The translations under genes and the position numbers were made by a program. The notes beneath the pieces were generated by a model. It worked only from the letters and a program-made list of their open reading frames with translations, searched no databases and was not told where the DNA came from. This document shows, one piece after another, positions 36,104 through 44,078 of a stretch of 44,078 nucleotides of DNA. Origin of the DNA: Candidatus Eiseniibacteriota bacterium. GTDB taxonomy: Bacteria > Joyebacterota > Joyebacteria > Joyebacterales > Joyebacteraceae. Each line of letters begins with the position of its first letter. Within the stretch, counting starts at the first letter, position 1. The stretch lies in NCBI GenBank assembly GCA_043819135.1, contig JBDRFG010000015.1:1-44078 (forward strand), given 5' to 3'.

Positions 36104-36380
36104 CTGTCTGTAGTCCTCAAAGTGAAGCTCAAGTCGGGAAGCCGACGGGGCAACGGGAGCACTGCCAAGACAACACTGATACTGCTTCTTAGTGCAACAG
36201 CGAAGCCGGAATCGTGACGGGGCCACGTTTCGTATCGGACCCCGTAGCGCTGGCGCAGTGTTCATCGCCCTGTCGTTCCTGGCAACGCCAGGATCGGGAG
36301 TCGTCGTTATCTGACCTCGGTCCTGCAACTGTTTATAGTGGACTCGATAGCTCCACCGAGTGAGGAAGGAGAACAGAACG

Positions 36381-39300
36381 ATGACCCCGAGACACCTCGC
36401 GTACTGGCTGCTCGGCGCCATGGTATGCGCCGCTCCGCCCGCATGGGCGACAGGGCCTGCGACCGACACATCGTTCGGCAGCGAAACGGTCTCAGTCGTA
36501 CCCCAGGGAGAGTTCTCGAAGGTAACCGTCCAGGGATGCGGCTCGCTCACTGATGTGGGGAAGCCGGAGCTACCCGTGAGTGTGCTGCGTTTCGTGGTGC
36601 CGTCTGACATGCGTGTGGAAGACGTGACCATCTCCTACCTCGTCGAGGAAGAGCTTCCGGGAGTCCACAGGATCCTGCCGGCGCAGCCCCAGGTTCCGAT
36701 CGGCGAGACGCCGGCGTGGGCCGGTCCAGATCGCGCCATCTACGAGAGCGACGAACTCTATCCTCCGAACCGCGTGGAGTACCTCGGAGACGGTTATCTC
36801 GGCGGCTACCGAATCGCGAGTGTAGCGATCTACCCGCTGCGCTACGCGCCCAGGAGCGGGCGGCTGGTTCTGGCCAGCGACGTGTCGGTCAAGCTCGAGC
36901 TGGTTCCTGCTGCGAACCGCGCGCATCCGAGAGGCCGCATGACGGTCAACTCCGAGGAGCTCTACCGAGGCCTCATCGAGACCGTGGTCGAGAACCCGCG
37001 GGAGGTGGAGGGGAAACTGTCCGGTGTCGACGTCGTCGACGGGATCGCCGAGGAGGGGTTCCTTCCGCGCTACTCTCCCTCCCTCGAGGGCAGCCCCGTT
37101 GAGTACGTGATCATCACGAGTGACAACTTCGTGTCCTACTTCCAGCCGCTCGCCGACTGGAAGACGAAGAAGGGCGTTCCGACGGTCATCCGGACCGTCT
37201 CCTGGATCGAGGCCAACTACCCGGGCGGGACGGACAAGACCGAGCGGATCCGCTTCTTCATCCAGGACGCATACGAGTCCTGGGGGGCTACCTATTTCCT
37301 GCTGGGCGGCGACACGAGCATCGTGCCCGTCAGGTTCGGATGGTCCGCCTACTACGGCGGCTGGGACGTGTCCTCGGATCTCTACTACTCGGACCTCGAT
37401 GACAACTGGAACCAGGATGGGGACAGCAGATTCGGTGAGGGCTACTCGGGAGTGTCGTCTCCCGGGGACAGCGTCGATTTGTACCCCGACGTCTTCGTCG
37501 GCAGGGCGCCCGCGGCCTCGGCGCTCGAGGTCGAGACGTTCGTGACGAAGACGCTCACCTACGAGAAGACGCCCGCAGGCACGTTCGCGGCACAGAACGT
37601 CTATCTCGCCGAGGTGCTCTTTCCCTACGACTGGGAGCCGCCAGGACTCATAACCACTGACGGCGCGGAGCACATCGTACAGCCGGTGCTTCCTCTGGTG
37701 CCGGCCGATGTACACGCTGCGCTGGTCTACCAGAACTACGAACCGTTCTCCGAGTCCTTCCCGCTCTCGGCACAGGCCGCGATGGACTCGATGAACGTCG
37801 GCTACAACATCACGTCGCACGTGGGACACGGCAGCAAGGACATCCTGCGGTGCAGCAAGAACAACTACATCTCCGTCCAGGATGTCGACGCGCTGACGAA
37901 CGGCGTAGATAGATCCGGTTTCCTCTGGATGCTGAACTGCACGACGACCGCCATCGAGTACGACTGCATCGCCGAGCACTTCATGAACAACCCCAACGGC
38001 GGCTCGGCGTTCGTCTTCGGCCCGACGAGATACTGTTTCCCCACGACGGCCAAGGACTACTACTACACGTGGCACGAGCTGCTCTACAGCGGCGTCGACA
38101 GAGCCGGCGTCGTGTGCGCCATGTGCAAGATCCCCTACGTGAGTGAATCGTCCTACGACAACACGGACCGATGGACCCAGATGAGCTACGTGCTCCTGGG
38201 CGACCCCGAGTCGCGTCTCTGGACCAAGAGGCCCGTGGCGCTGTCGGCCATTCACGACTCGAGCATGCCTCTGGGCCCGACCGACCTCACGGTGACCGTG
38301 GTCGATCCTGCTGCCGTGGACAGCGCGTTCGTCTGCGTGGTGAAGAGCGGACAGGTCTATGCGACCGGCTACACCAACGCGTCCGGCCAGGCGGTTCTCT
38401 CGTTCACGCCCAAGACCACCGGCACCATGACCATCACCGTCACGGCCAGGAACCATTACCCCTACGAAGACACGATCGGCGTGACGTCGTCCATCGGCGC
38501 GCACCTGACCCTCCGCGCTACGACCGTCGATGACGACGCGGTTGGCGGAAGCGACGGCAACGCGAACGGCTACGCCGAAGCGGGTGAGACGGTGGAACTG
38601 AACGTCACGGTCGGAAACGGCGGTCTGACCGCCGCTACGAGCGTGACGGCGACGCTCTCGACCACCGACCTCTACGTCTCGCTGGTCGACGACACCGAAT
38701 CGCTAGGGACCGTGGCCGCATCGACTCAGGTGGCCTACCCCGCGGCGTTCTCTGTCGCGATCGCGGACAGCTGTCCGAACGACCACGAGGTCGAGTTCAC
38801 GCTCCAGTTCGCCGAGCCGGCACGCGGCAGCTGGTCGGATACCTACACTCTGAAGGTGCTGCGCCCGATCCTGACGCAGCTCCACAACGACTACGACGAC
38901 GGCAACGACGGCGTCCCGGGGGTCGGAGAGACGGTCACCCTGACCATCGACATCCTGAACGAGGGGAACGGCGAGGCCGACATCGTGAGCGGCGAGCTGA
39001 ACTACCCGTCCGCCGAGGTCTCCATCACCGACAGTGCGGACACATGGGGCGACATCGTCGCGGGCGCTACCGCCTCCGGCCAGGCCGGATTCGTGTTCAC
39101 GGTCAACTCCGCCATGACGCAGGAGTTCGAGCTCGTTCTGACGGACGAGGACGGAAAGACCTGGACGCACAACTTCGACGCCGTGGAACCGACCATGCCC
39201 GTCGGGCTCGACGGCCGCGTGAAGGCCACGACCGTCTATCTGACGTGGAACCCGGTCGCGGACCTCGACCTCTGGGGCTATCACGTCTACAGGACCGACC

Positions 39301-41087
39301 ACCCGTTCGGCACGTTCGAACAGGTCAGCTCGGCCGTCGTCGAGCGGATCTCCTACTACGAGGACGCCGGGCTCGTTGAGAATCAGAGGTACTACTACTA
39401 CGTGTCCGCCGTTGACTCGTCGGGCAACGAGGGCGTGCACTCCGGCACTCTCGAAGTGACGACGAACCCGCCGGCGCAGGCCGGTTGGCCGCTCCTGGGC
39501 GGAGAGGCGATGTACGGCTCCCCCGCCGCGGCGGATGTTGACCTGGACGGCGACCTCGAGGTGCTGGTGGGGTCGGGCGAGGTCTACTGCTGGCATCACG
39601 ACGGAACGGAGCTCATCGACGGTGACGGCGACCCGAGAACCGAGGGCATCCTTGCGGCGGACGGCACGGGCGGCTACAGGTCATCCATCGCACTGGGACA
39701 GCTCGACAACGACCCGTATCTTGAGATAGTCGGGGCGGCGTGGGGCGACGTCGGCGCTGTCGGTAGCCCGAACTACGAGATCTGGGCGTGGAACGCAGAG
39801 GACGGGACGCCGCTTGGCGGAGACTGGCCGGCGACCATGAACAGGTTCTGCTGGGCCACTCCCACGCTGGCGGACCTCGACCACGACGGTCTTGACGAGG
39901 TTATAGTGCCGTGCGCGAACGGCTTCCTCTATGTGCTGAAGCCGGACGGCTCGGGGTTCCTGAACCCCGACGGCACCTTCGCGACGCTGCGCGCCGCCTG
40001 GGCCTACGGTTCGGCTGCCGTCGCCGACCTCGACCAGGACCTGGATCTGGAGATCATCGTCCCCTCGCGCTCGGACAGCGTCTACGCTTTCAACCCCGAC
40101 GGGTCCGCGGTGCCGGGATGGCCCGTCAACCTCGGAGGCGATGTCAGGACCTCCGTCGCCGTGGGCGACGTCAACAACAACGGCCTGATAGAGGTCGTCG
40201 CCGGGACGAACACCGACCAGATATATCTTCTCTCCGGCGAGGGGCAGGTGTTCCCGAACTGGCCGAAGGCCTGCGTGCAGAACGACGACTTCGCATCGTC
40301 TCCGACGCTTGCCGACCTCGACGGCGATGGCGACCTCGAGATCCTGATGTCCAGTTCGGACAATAAGATCCACGTCTGGACCTGGGAGGGGGCGATCTAC
40401 CCCGGTGCGTGGCCGCGGACGATCGTCGACGGCGGGGTCGCCGACAAGCGCGGCAGCGTGTCGGTGGGCGACATCGACGACGACGCGGACCTGGAGATAA
40501 TCGTCGGCTCCAACAACGGCCAGGTCTGCGCATACGACACCGACGGAACGCTGATCGATGGGTGGCCCATCCAGACCGACGCCGAGATCCACTCCTCCCC
40601 GACCCTCGAAGATCTCGATCGCGATGGCGACATGGAGGTGGTCGTCTCCGGCATGGACGGCATGGTCTACGTCTGGGACACCGAGGGAAGTTACTCGGAC
40701 GGGGACGGCATCGAGTGGGGCAACTTCCGGCACGACAACAGGCGCAGCGGCTTCTATGGCTACGAACTCGAGGTAGGAGTGCCCGGTGACGAGTCCTGGT
40801 CGGTGACCGGAGCCAAGCTCGACCAGAACGTACCCAACCCGTTCAATCCCGTTACCACGATCGCTTACGCCGTTCCCGACGGCGGGGCCGACATCGATCT
40901 CGCGGTCTTCAACATCGCCGGCATGCGCGTAGCAACGCTCGTCAGCGGAAGAGTGCCCGAGGGACGCAGGTCGGTCACGTGGGACGGCACGGACGCTCGC
41001 GGAGTGTCCGTCGCGTCGGGCATATACTTCGTACGCCTGACGGCGGAGGGCGCCTTGTTGACGCGGAAGGTCACTCTCCTGAAATAG
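36381..41087 (+). CDS. Large gingipain-like peptidase C25 (propeptide, catalytic, Ig repeats, FN3, FG-GAP/VCBS propeller, FlgD/T9SS-like C-terminal domain)
   Basis: GKPELP; YFLLGGD, DVFVGRAP, catalytic VGHG and LNC, LLGDPE; repeated D.D.DG..E and GWP motifs; QNVPNPFNP...SGIYF...RKVTLLK; AGGAG RBS. Confidence 0.92.
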   Translation: MTPRHLAYWLLGAMVCAAPPAWATGPATDTSFGSETVSVVPQGEFSKVTVQGCGSLTDVGKPELPVSVLRFVVPSDMRVEDVTISYLVEEELPGVHRILPAQPQVPIGETPAWAGPDRAIYESDELYPPNRVEYLGDGYLGGYRIASVAIYPLRYAPRSGRLVLASDVSVKLELVPAANRAHPRGRMTVNSEELYRGLIETVVENPREVEGKLSGVDVVDGIAEEGFLPRYSPSLEGSPVEYVIITSDNFVSYFQPLADWKTKKGVPTVIRTVSWIEANYPGGTDKTERIRFFIQDAYESWGATYFLLGGDTSIVPVRFGWSAYYGGWDVSSDLYYSDLDDNWNQDGDSRFGEGYSGVSSPGDSVDLYPDVFVGRAPAASALEVETFVTKTLTYEKTPAGTFAAQNVYLAEVLFPYDWEPPGLITTDGAEHIVQPVLPLVPADVHAALVYQNYEPFSESFPLSAQAAMDSMNVGYNITSHVGHGSKDILRCSKNNYISVQDVDALTNGVDRSGFLWMLNCTTTAIEYDCIAEHFMNNPNGGSAFVFGPTRYCFPTTAKDYYYTWHELLYSGVDRAGVVCAMCKIPYVSESSYDNTDRWTQMSYVLLGDPESRLWTKRPVALSAIHDSSMPLGPTDLTVTVVDPAAVDSAFVCVVKSGQVYATGYTNASGQAVLSFTPKTTGTMTITVTARNHYPYEDTIGVTSSIGAHLTLRATTVDDDAVGGSDGNANGYAEAGETVELNVTVGNGGLTAATSVTATLSTTDLYVSLVDDTESLGTVAASTQVAYPAAFSVAIADSCPNDHEVEFTLQFAEPARGSWSDTYTLKVLRPILTQLHNDYDDGNDGVPGVGETVTLTIDILNEGNGEADIVSGELNYPSAEVSITDSADTWGDIVAGATASGQAGFVFTVNSAMTQEFELVLTDEDGKTWTHNFDAVEPTMPVGLDGRVKATTVYLTWNPVADLDLWGYHVYRTDHPFGTFEQVSSAVVERISYYEDAGLVENQRYYYYVSAVDSSGNEGVHSGTLEVTTNPPAQAGWPLLGGEAMYGSPAAADVDLDGDLEVLVGSGEVYCWHHDGTELIDGDGDPRTEGILAADGTGGYRSSIALGQLDNDPYLEIVGAAWGDVGAVGSPNYEIWAWNAEDGTPLGGDWPATMNRFCWATPTLADLDHDGLDEVIVPCANGFLYVLKPDGSGFLNPDGTFATLRAAWAYGSAAVADLDQDLDLEIIVPSRSDSVYAFNPDGSAVPGWPVNLGGDVRTSVAVGDVNNNGLIEVVAGTNTDQIYLLSGEGQVFPNWPKACVQNDDFASSPTLADLDGDGDLEILMSSSDNKIHVWTWEGAIYPGAWPRTIVDGGVADKRGSVSVGDIDDDADLEIIVGSNNGQVCAYDTDGTLIDGWPIQTDAEIHSSPTLEDLDRDGDMEVVVSGMDGMVYVWDTEGSYSDGDGIEWGNFRHDNRRSGFYGYELEVGVPGDESWSVTGAKLDQNVPNPFNPVTTIAYAVPDGGADIDLAVFNIAGMRVATLVSGRVPEGRRSVTWDGTDARGVSVASGIYFVRLTAEGALLTRKVTLLK

Positions 41088-41119
41088 CTAGCCGCGCGGT
41101 CACGCGGATGGAGTAACGT

Positions 41120-41148
41120 GAAGCCGGGCCCCGAAAGGGCCCGGCTTC
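41120..41148. terminator. Probable bidirectional terminator between convergent genes
   Basis: GAAGCCGGGCCC cgaaa GGGCCCGGCTTC, a perfect 12-bp stem. Confidence 0.75.
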
Positions 41149-41188
41149 GTCGCGTCGTCTGTGCCCGTATGCAGTCTGCGCCGGCGGA

Positions 41189-43138
41189 TCAGTCCTCCAG
41201 TTCCGCCCACCTCTCGTACAGCTCATCTATCCTGGCCCTGAGCGCTCTCTGCTCGGTCACGAGTGACTTCGTTCTCTCGCCGTCCGTGTGTACCAACGGG
41301 TCGAGCAACGCTATCTCGATGTTCTCGATTCGCTTCTCGCTCCTGGCTATCTCGTCCTGCACCTGACGGCGCTCCTTGCGAACATCGGTCTTCGTGCCCG
41401 TTCGTTTCTGGCGTTCCCTCGCTTCCCTGCGTTTCTGCTCCTTGCTCTTCGGGCCGCTCTTACGCTGCGCGGGACTCTCGGGTCCGGCGTCCACCCGCTG
41501 CGAGGACACGGCGGCCCCCGCCGCTGTCGCGCGTTCCTGTTCCTTCTTCCACAGATAGTCGCTGTAGCTGCCGAGGTAAGTCCTGACGTGACCGTCCCGG
41601 ACCTCGATCACCTTCGTCGCTATCGCGTTCATGAACGCCCTGTCATGGGAAACGAAACAGATGGTCCCCTCGTATCTCTGGAGCGCCTGCTCCAGAACCT
41701 CTCGGGACGAGACGTCAAGATGGTTGGTGGGCTCATCGAGCAGGAGCAGGTTCGCGGGATTCAGGAGCATCTTGGCGAACACGAGGCGGCTCTTTTCCCC
41801 GCCCGACAGCACTCCTACCTTCTTCTCGACGTCGTCGCCGGAGAAGAGGAACGCGCCAAGCAGCCCTCGCAGCCTCGGCCGCATCTCGTCCGGTGACACC
41901 GACTGCACCTCGCCGAGCACCGTGTTGCGGTGGCCGAGCTCGCGCCCGGGGTCCTGCCCGAAGTACTGCATCGTAACGTTGCTGCCGAGCTTCGTCTCGC
42001 CCGCCGCCAGCTTGACCCGGCCGGCGATGATCTTCATCAGGGTGGACTTTCCGGCCCCGTTCACCCCGACCAGCACCACCCGGTCGCCGCGCAGGATCTC
42101 GAGGTCGAGGCCGTCGAAGACCACGTTGTCACCGTAGGCCTGCCTCACGCCCCTGAGAGCGACGGCAACGGCCCCAGCGCGGGCGGGCTGAGGGAACTGG
42201 AAGTGCATCGCGCGCTTGTCCCGCGGGACCTCCACCAGCTCGATACGCTCTATCATCTTCGCGCGGCTGGTGACGAGCGCCCTCTTCGTCTTGTCGGCGC
42301 GGAATGTGTCGATGAACCGCTGCAGATGGGCGATCTGCCTCTCCTGCTGCCTGCGTGTCGCCGCCAGCGTCTCGCGCCGCTTCTCTCGCTGCTCCTGGAA
42401 GGAAGCATACCCGCCGTGATAATCGACCAGCCCCTCGACTCCGAGTTCGCTGATACGCGAGACCACGCGGTCGAGGAAGGACCGGTCGTGCGACACCAGG
42501 ACCACGGCTCCAGGATAGGCGCTCAGGTAGTCCTCCAGCCACACAATGGACTCGAGGTCGAGGTGGTTGGTCGGCTCGTCCAGAAGCAGCACGGTCGGGC
42601 GCAGGAGCAGCAGCTTCGCCAGCGCTATCCTCATCTGCCATCCGCCGCTGAACTCGTCGGTCAGTCTGCCTCGGTCGCTCTCGGCGAACCCGAGACCCGA
42701 CAGCACCTCCGCGGCCCGGGCGTCGATCGTGAAACCGTCCCTGGCCTCGAACTCGTGCTGAAGGACCGCGTACTCGCGCAACACGCGATCGTGCGTGGGG
42801 CCTTCGTCCGGCAGCGTGGCCATCTCGTGCTCGAGCGCCCGCATGCGTTCCTCGATGCGCGAGAGGTCTCCGAACACGGTCAGAACCTCGTCGAAGAGCG
42901 TCCTGCCGGACAGTGTCAGACCCTCCTGCGGCAGGTAGCCGTATGTCGTGCCCTTGGAGCTTGTGACGCGTCCGCTGTCGGGGGTCAGCTTCCCCTCGAT
43001 GAGACGCAGGAGCGTGGTCTTGCCGGAGCCGTTGGCCCCGACCAGACCGACCCTGTCGGTATCGCCCACCCGCCAGTTCAGGTCCTTGAAGAGCGACTTC
43101 CCGGCGAAGGATACTGATGTGCTCTCGAGTCTGACCAT
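41189..43138 (-). CDS. ABC-F family ATPase (YheS/Uup-like) with C-terminal coiled coil
   Basis: Two NBDs (GANGSGKT, FSGGW, LLLDEPTNHLD; GVNGAGKST, LSGGE, LLLDEPTNHLD); no TM segments. Confidence 0.95.
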   Translation of the reverse strand: MVRLESTSVSFAGKSLFKDLNWRVGDTDRVGLVGANGSGKTTLLRLIEGKLTPDSGRVTSSKGTTYGYLPQEGLTLSGRTLFDEVLTVFGDLSRIEERMRALEHEMATLPDEGPTHDRVLREYAVLQHEFEARDGFTIDARAAEVLSGLGFAESDRGRLTDEFSGGWQMRIALAKLLLLRPTVLLLDEPTNHLDLESIVWLEDYLSAYPGAVVLVSHDRSFLDRVVSRISELGVEGLVDYHGGYASFQEQREKRRETLAATRRQQERQIAHLQRFIDTFRADKTKRALVTSRAKMIERIELVEVPRDKRAMHFQFPQPARAGAVAVALRGVRQAYGDNVVFDGLDLEILRGDRVVLVGVNGAGKSTLMKIIAGRVKLAAGETKLGSNVTMQYFGQDPGRELGHRNTVLGEVQSVSPDEMRPRLRGLLGAFLFSGDDVEKKVGVLSGGEKSRLVFAKMLLNPANLLLLDEPTNHLDVSSREVLEQALQRYEGTICFVSHDRAFMNAIATKVIEVRDGHVRTYLGSYSDYLWKKEQERATAAGAAVSSQRVDAGPESPAQRKSGPKSKEQKRREARERQKRTGTKTDVRKERRQVQDEIARSEKRIENIEIALLDPLVHTDGERTKSLVTEQRALRARIDELYERWAELED

Positions 43139-43421
43139 TCTGCCGATCCCTGGCGCGGCAAAGGAGGCCGCGGCGCTGAAAGGCGGACTTTCGCGGAAGC
43201 CCGCTGATGTGCGAAGCCCGGCCTGAAAAAGGGTCGGGCGCTGTCACTAGCCCGACCTTCGTCGAATAGCGGCCGGTAGGGCGAGTATACAATGGTGGGC
43301 CTGTCGTTTCCACGGGTTCGAGCCAAACCCGGGGAGACTTGCCGGTGTCAAACCTGAGGAGTAAACTAGCGGGGGCAATCGTCACCATTCACGCTCGGTA
43401 CAGGCGAAAACGGGGGAAGCA

Positions 43422-44078
43422 ATGCGAAAGCACCTCAAGTGGATGATCCCGGTGGCCGTGGTGGTCGTGGTCGCCGTGGTGTTTGTGGTCCAGGGACGAC
43501 GCGGGGGCGGCAGCGCCATGGCCGAGGGGGGCGGAGAGAACGGGGAGACCATCCTGGGCGGCAGAACCGGCACCTGCGAGATCGGCGAGATCAGCGTGCT
43601 CCTGACCGAGGTCGGCGAGATCCAGCCCGAGACCATGGTGATGGTGAAATCCAAGGTCAGCGGGAAGATAAGGAGCCTGCACGTCAGCGAGGGCCAAACG
43701 GTCCTGAGAGGCGCCCTGCTGGCGAAGGTCGAGCCCGACATGGCCCAGGCCCGGACGGTGGCCAGCCTGAAGAGCGGATACGGACGCGTCAGGGTCGACC
43801 TGGACCGCGCGAGACAGGACTACGAGCGCGACATCGAAATGCACAAGGCGGGCCACATCTCGAACGAAGAGCTCAGACTGTCGAAGGACGACTACGACAT
43901 CGCAAAGATCGAGTATCAGTCCGCGTTCGAGCAGATCAAGCTGGCCGAGGAGGACGGCGTGTCGATGGACCTCGAGGCTGAGACGGAGGAACTCCTGGAC
44001 ATCGTCTCCCCCGCCTCGGGCTCGGTCATCCGCGTGGAGGTCGAGGAAGGCGAGATCGTAACGTCAGGCGCGGTGTCT
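43422..44078 (+). CDS. Efflux periplasmic adaptor subunit (MacA/HlyD-like), truncated by window edge
   Basis: Not in the ORF track because it has no stop in the window. Reads MRKHLKWMIPVAVVVVVAVVFVV (TM), G.I.P...V.VKSKVSGKI..L.V.EG..V..G..L, an alpha hairpin, and I.SP.SG.V....VEEG. Confidence 0.85.
   Translation, partial: MRKHLKWMIPVAVVVVVAVVFVVQGRRGGGSAMAEGGGENGETILGGRTGTCEIGEISVLLTEVGEIQPETMVMVKSKVSGKIRSLHVSEGQTVLRGALLAKVEPDMAQARTVASLKSGYGRVRVDLDRARQDYERDIEMHKAGHISNEELRLSKDDYDIAKIEYQSAFEQIKLAEEDGVSMDLEAETEELLDIVSPASGSVIRVEVEEGEIVTSGAVS

Noticed and set aside
36120..36205. c-di-GMP riboswitch (TAGTGCAAC resembles class II; the GAAG-loop hairpin resembles class I)
   Set aside because: The remaining consensus and pseudoknot cannot be built; kept only as an unknown structured leader.
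36570..38504. Long antisense or alternate-frame ORFs (also 15809-17860, 34159-35856, 9381-10913, 11849-13120)
   Set aside because: Shadow ORFs expected from high-GC codon bias; they overlap well-supported genes and show no recognisable motifs.
32560..41087. PorU T9SS sortase call for the C25 proteins
   Set aside because: Both have a gingipain-type propeptide and cargo-like accessory domains, and no porV is adjacent.
41189..43138. Antibiotic-resistance ABC-F
   Set aside because: Looks like a housekeeping YheS/Uup-type protein; no leader peptide or mobile context seen.

Overview
GC-rich bacterial chromosomal segment with about 30 intact CDS. I found no rRNA, tRNA, CRISPR array, prophage or transposase. 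FlgD/T9SS-like Ig tails on the gingipains and a 'W-x-x-VK-x-LYR' C-terminal tag suggest an FCB-related candidate phylum such as Eisenbacteria, Krumholzibacteriota or Latescibacterota (inference). Left to right: (1) a thiamine cluster (partial thiE, Nudix, AIR-synthase-like, thiD) with two radical SAM genes; (2) a four-gene operon resembling the archaeal alpha-beta-gamma-delta dye-linked L-proline dehydrogenase; (3) a DUF3160-like protein and an XRE-cupin regulator; (4) an operon of a PhaR-N-like regulator with operator-like motifs, an MFS transporter fused to a PatA-like acyltransferase, and a PimA-like glycosyltransferase; (5) an ECF sigma operon (nitroreductase, DUF401, EamA, TPR, OPT) with a displaced anti-sigma gene and two matching GAAAC-N18-GTCA promoters; (6) a beta-propeller protein paired with a circularly permuted SpoIVB-like S55 peptidase, then TonB and glgC; (7) a secreted-protein block of one short-tagged protein and two gingipain-like C25 proteases; (8) an ABC-F ATPase and a partial MacA-like adaptor. 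The best novelty candidates are the PhaR-controlled MFS-acyltransferase/PimA glycolipid module, the short C-terminal sorting-like tag, the permuted S55/propeller pair and the split ECF circuit. All family calls come from motif recognition by eye, not database searches.
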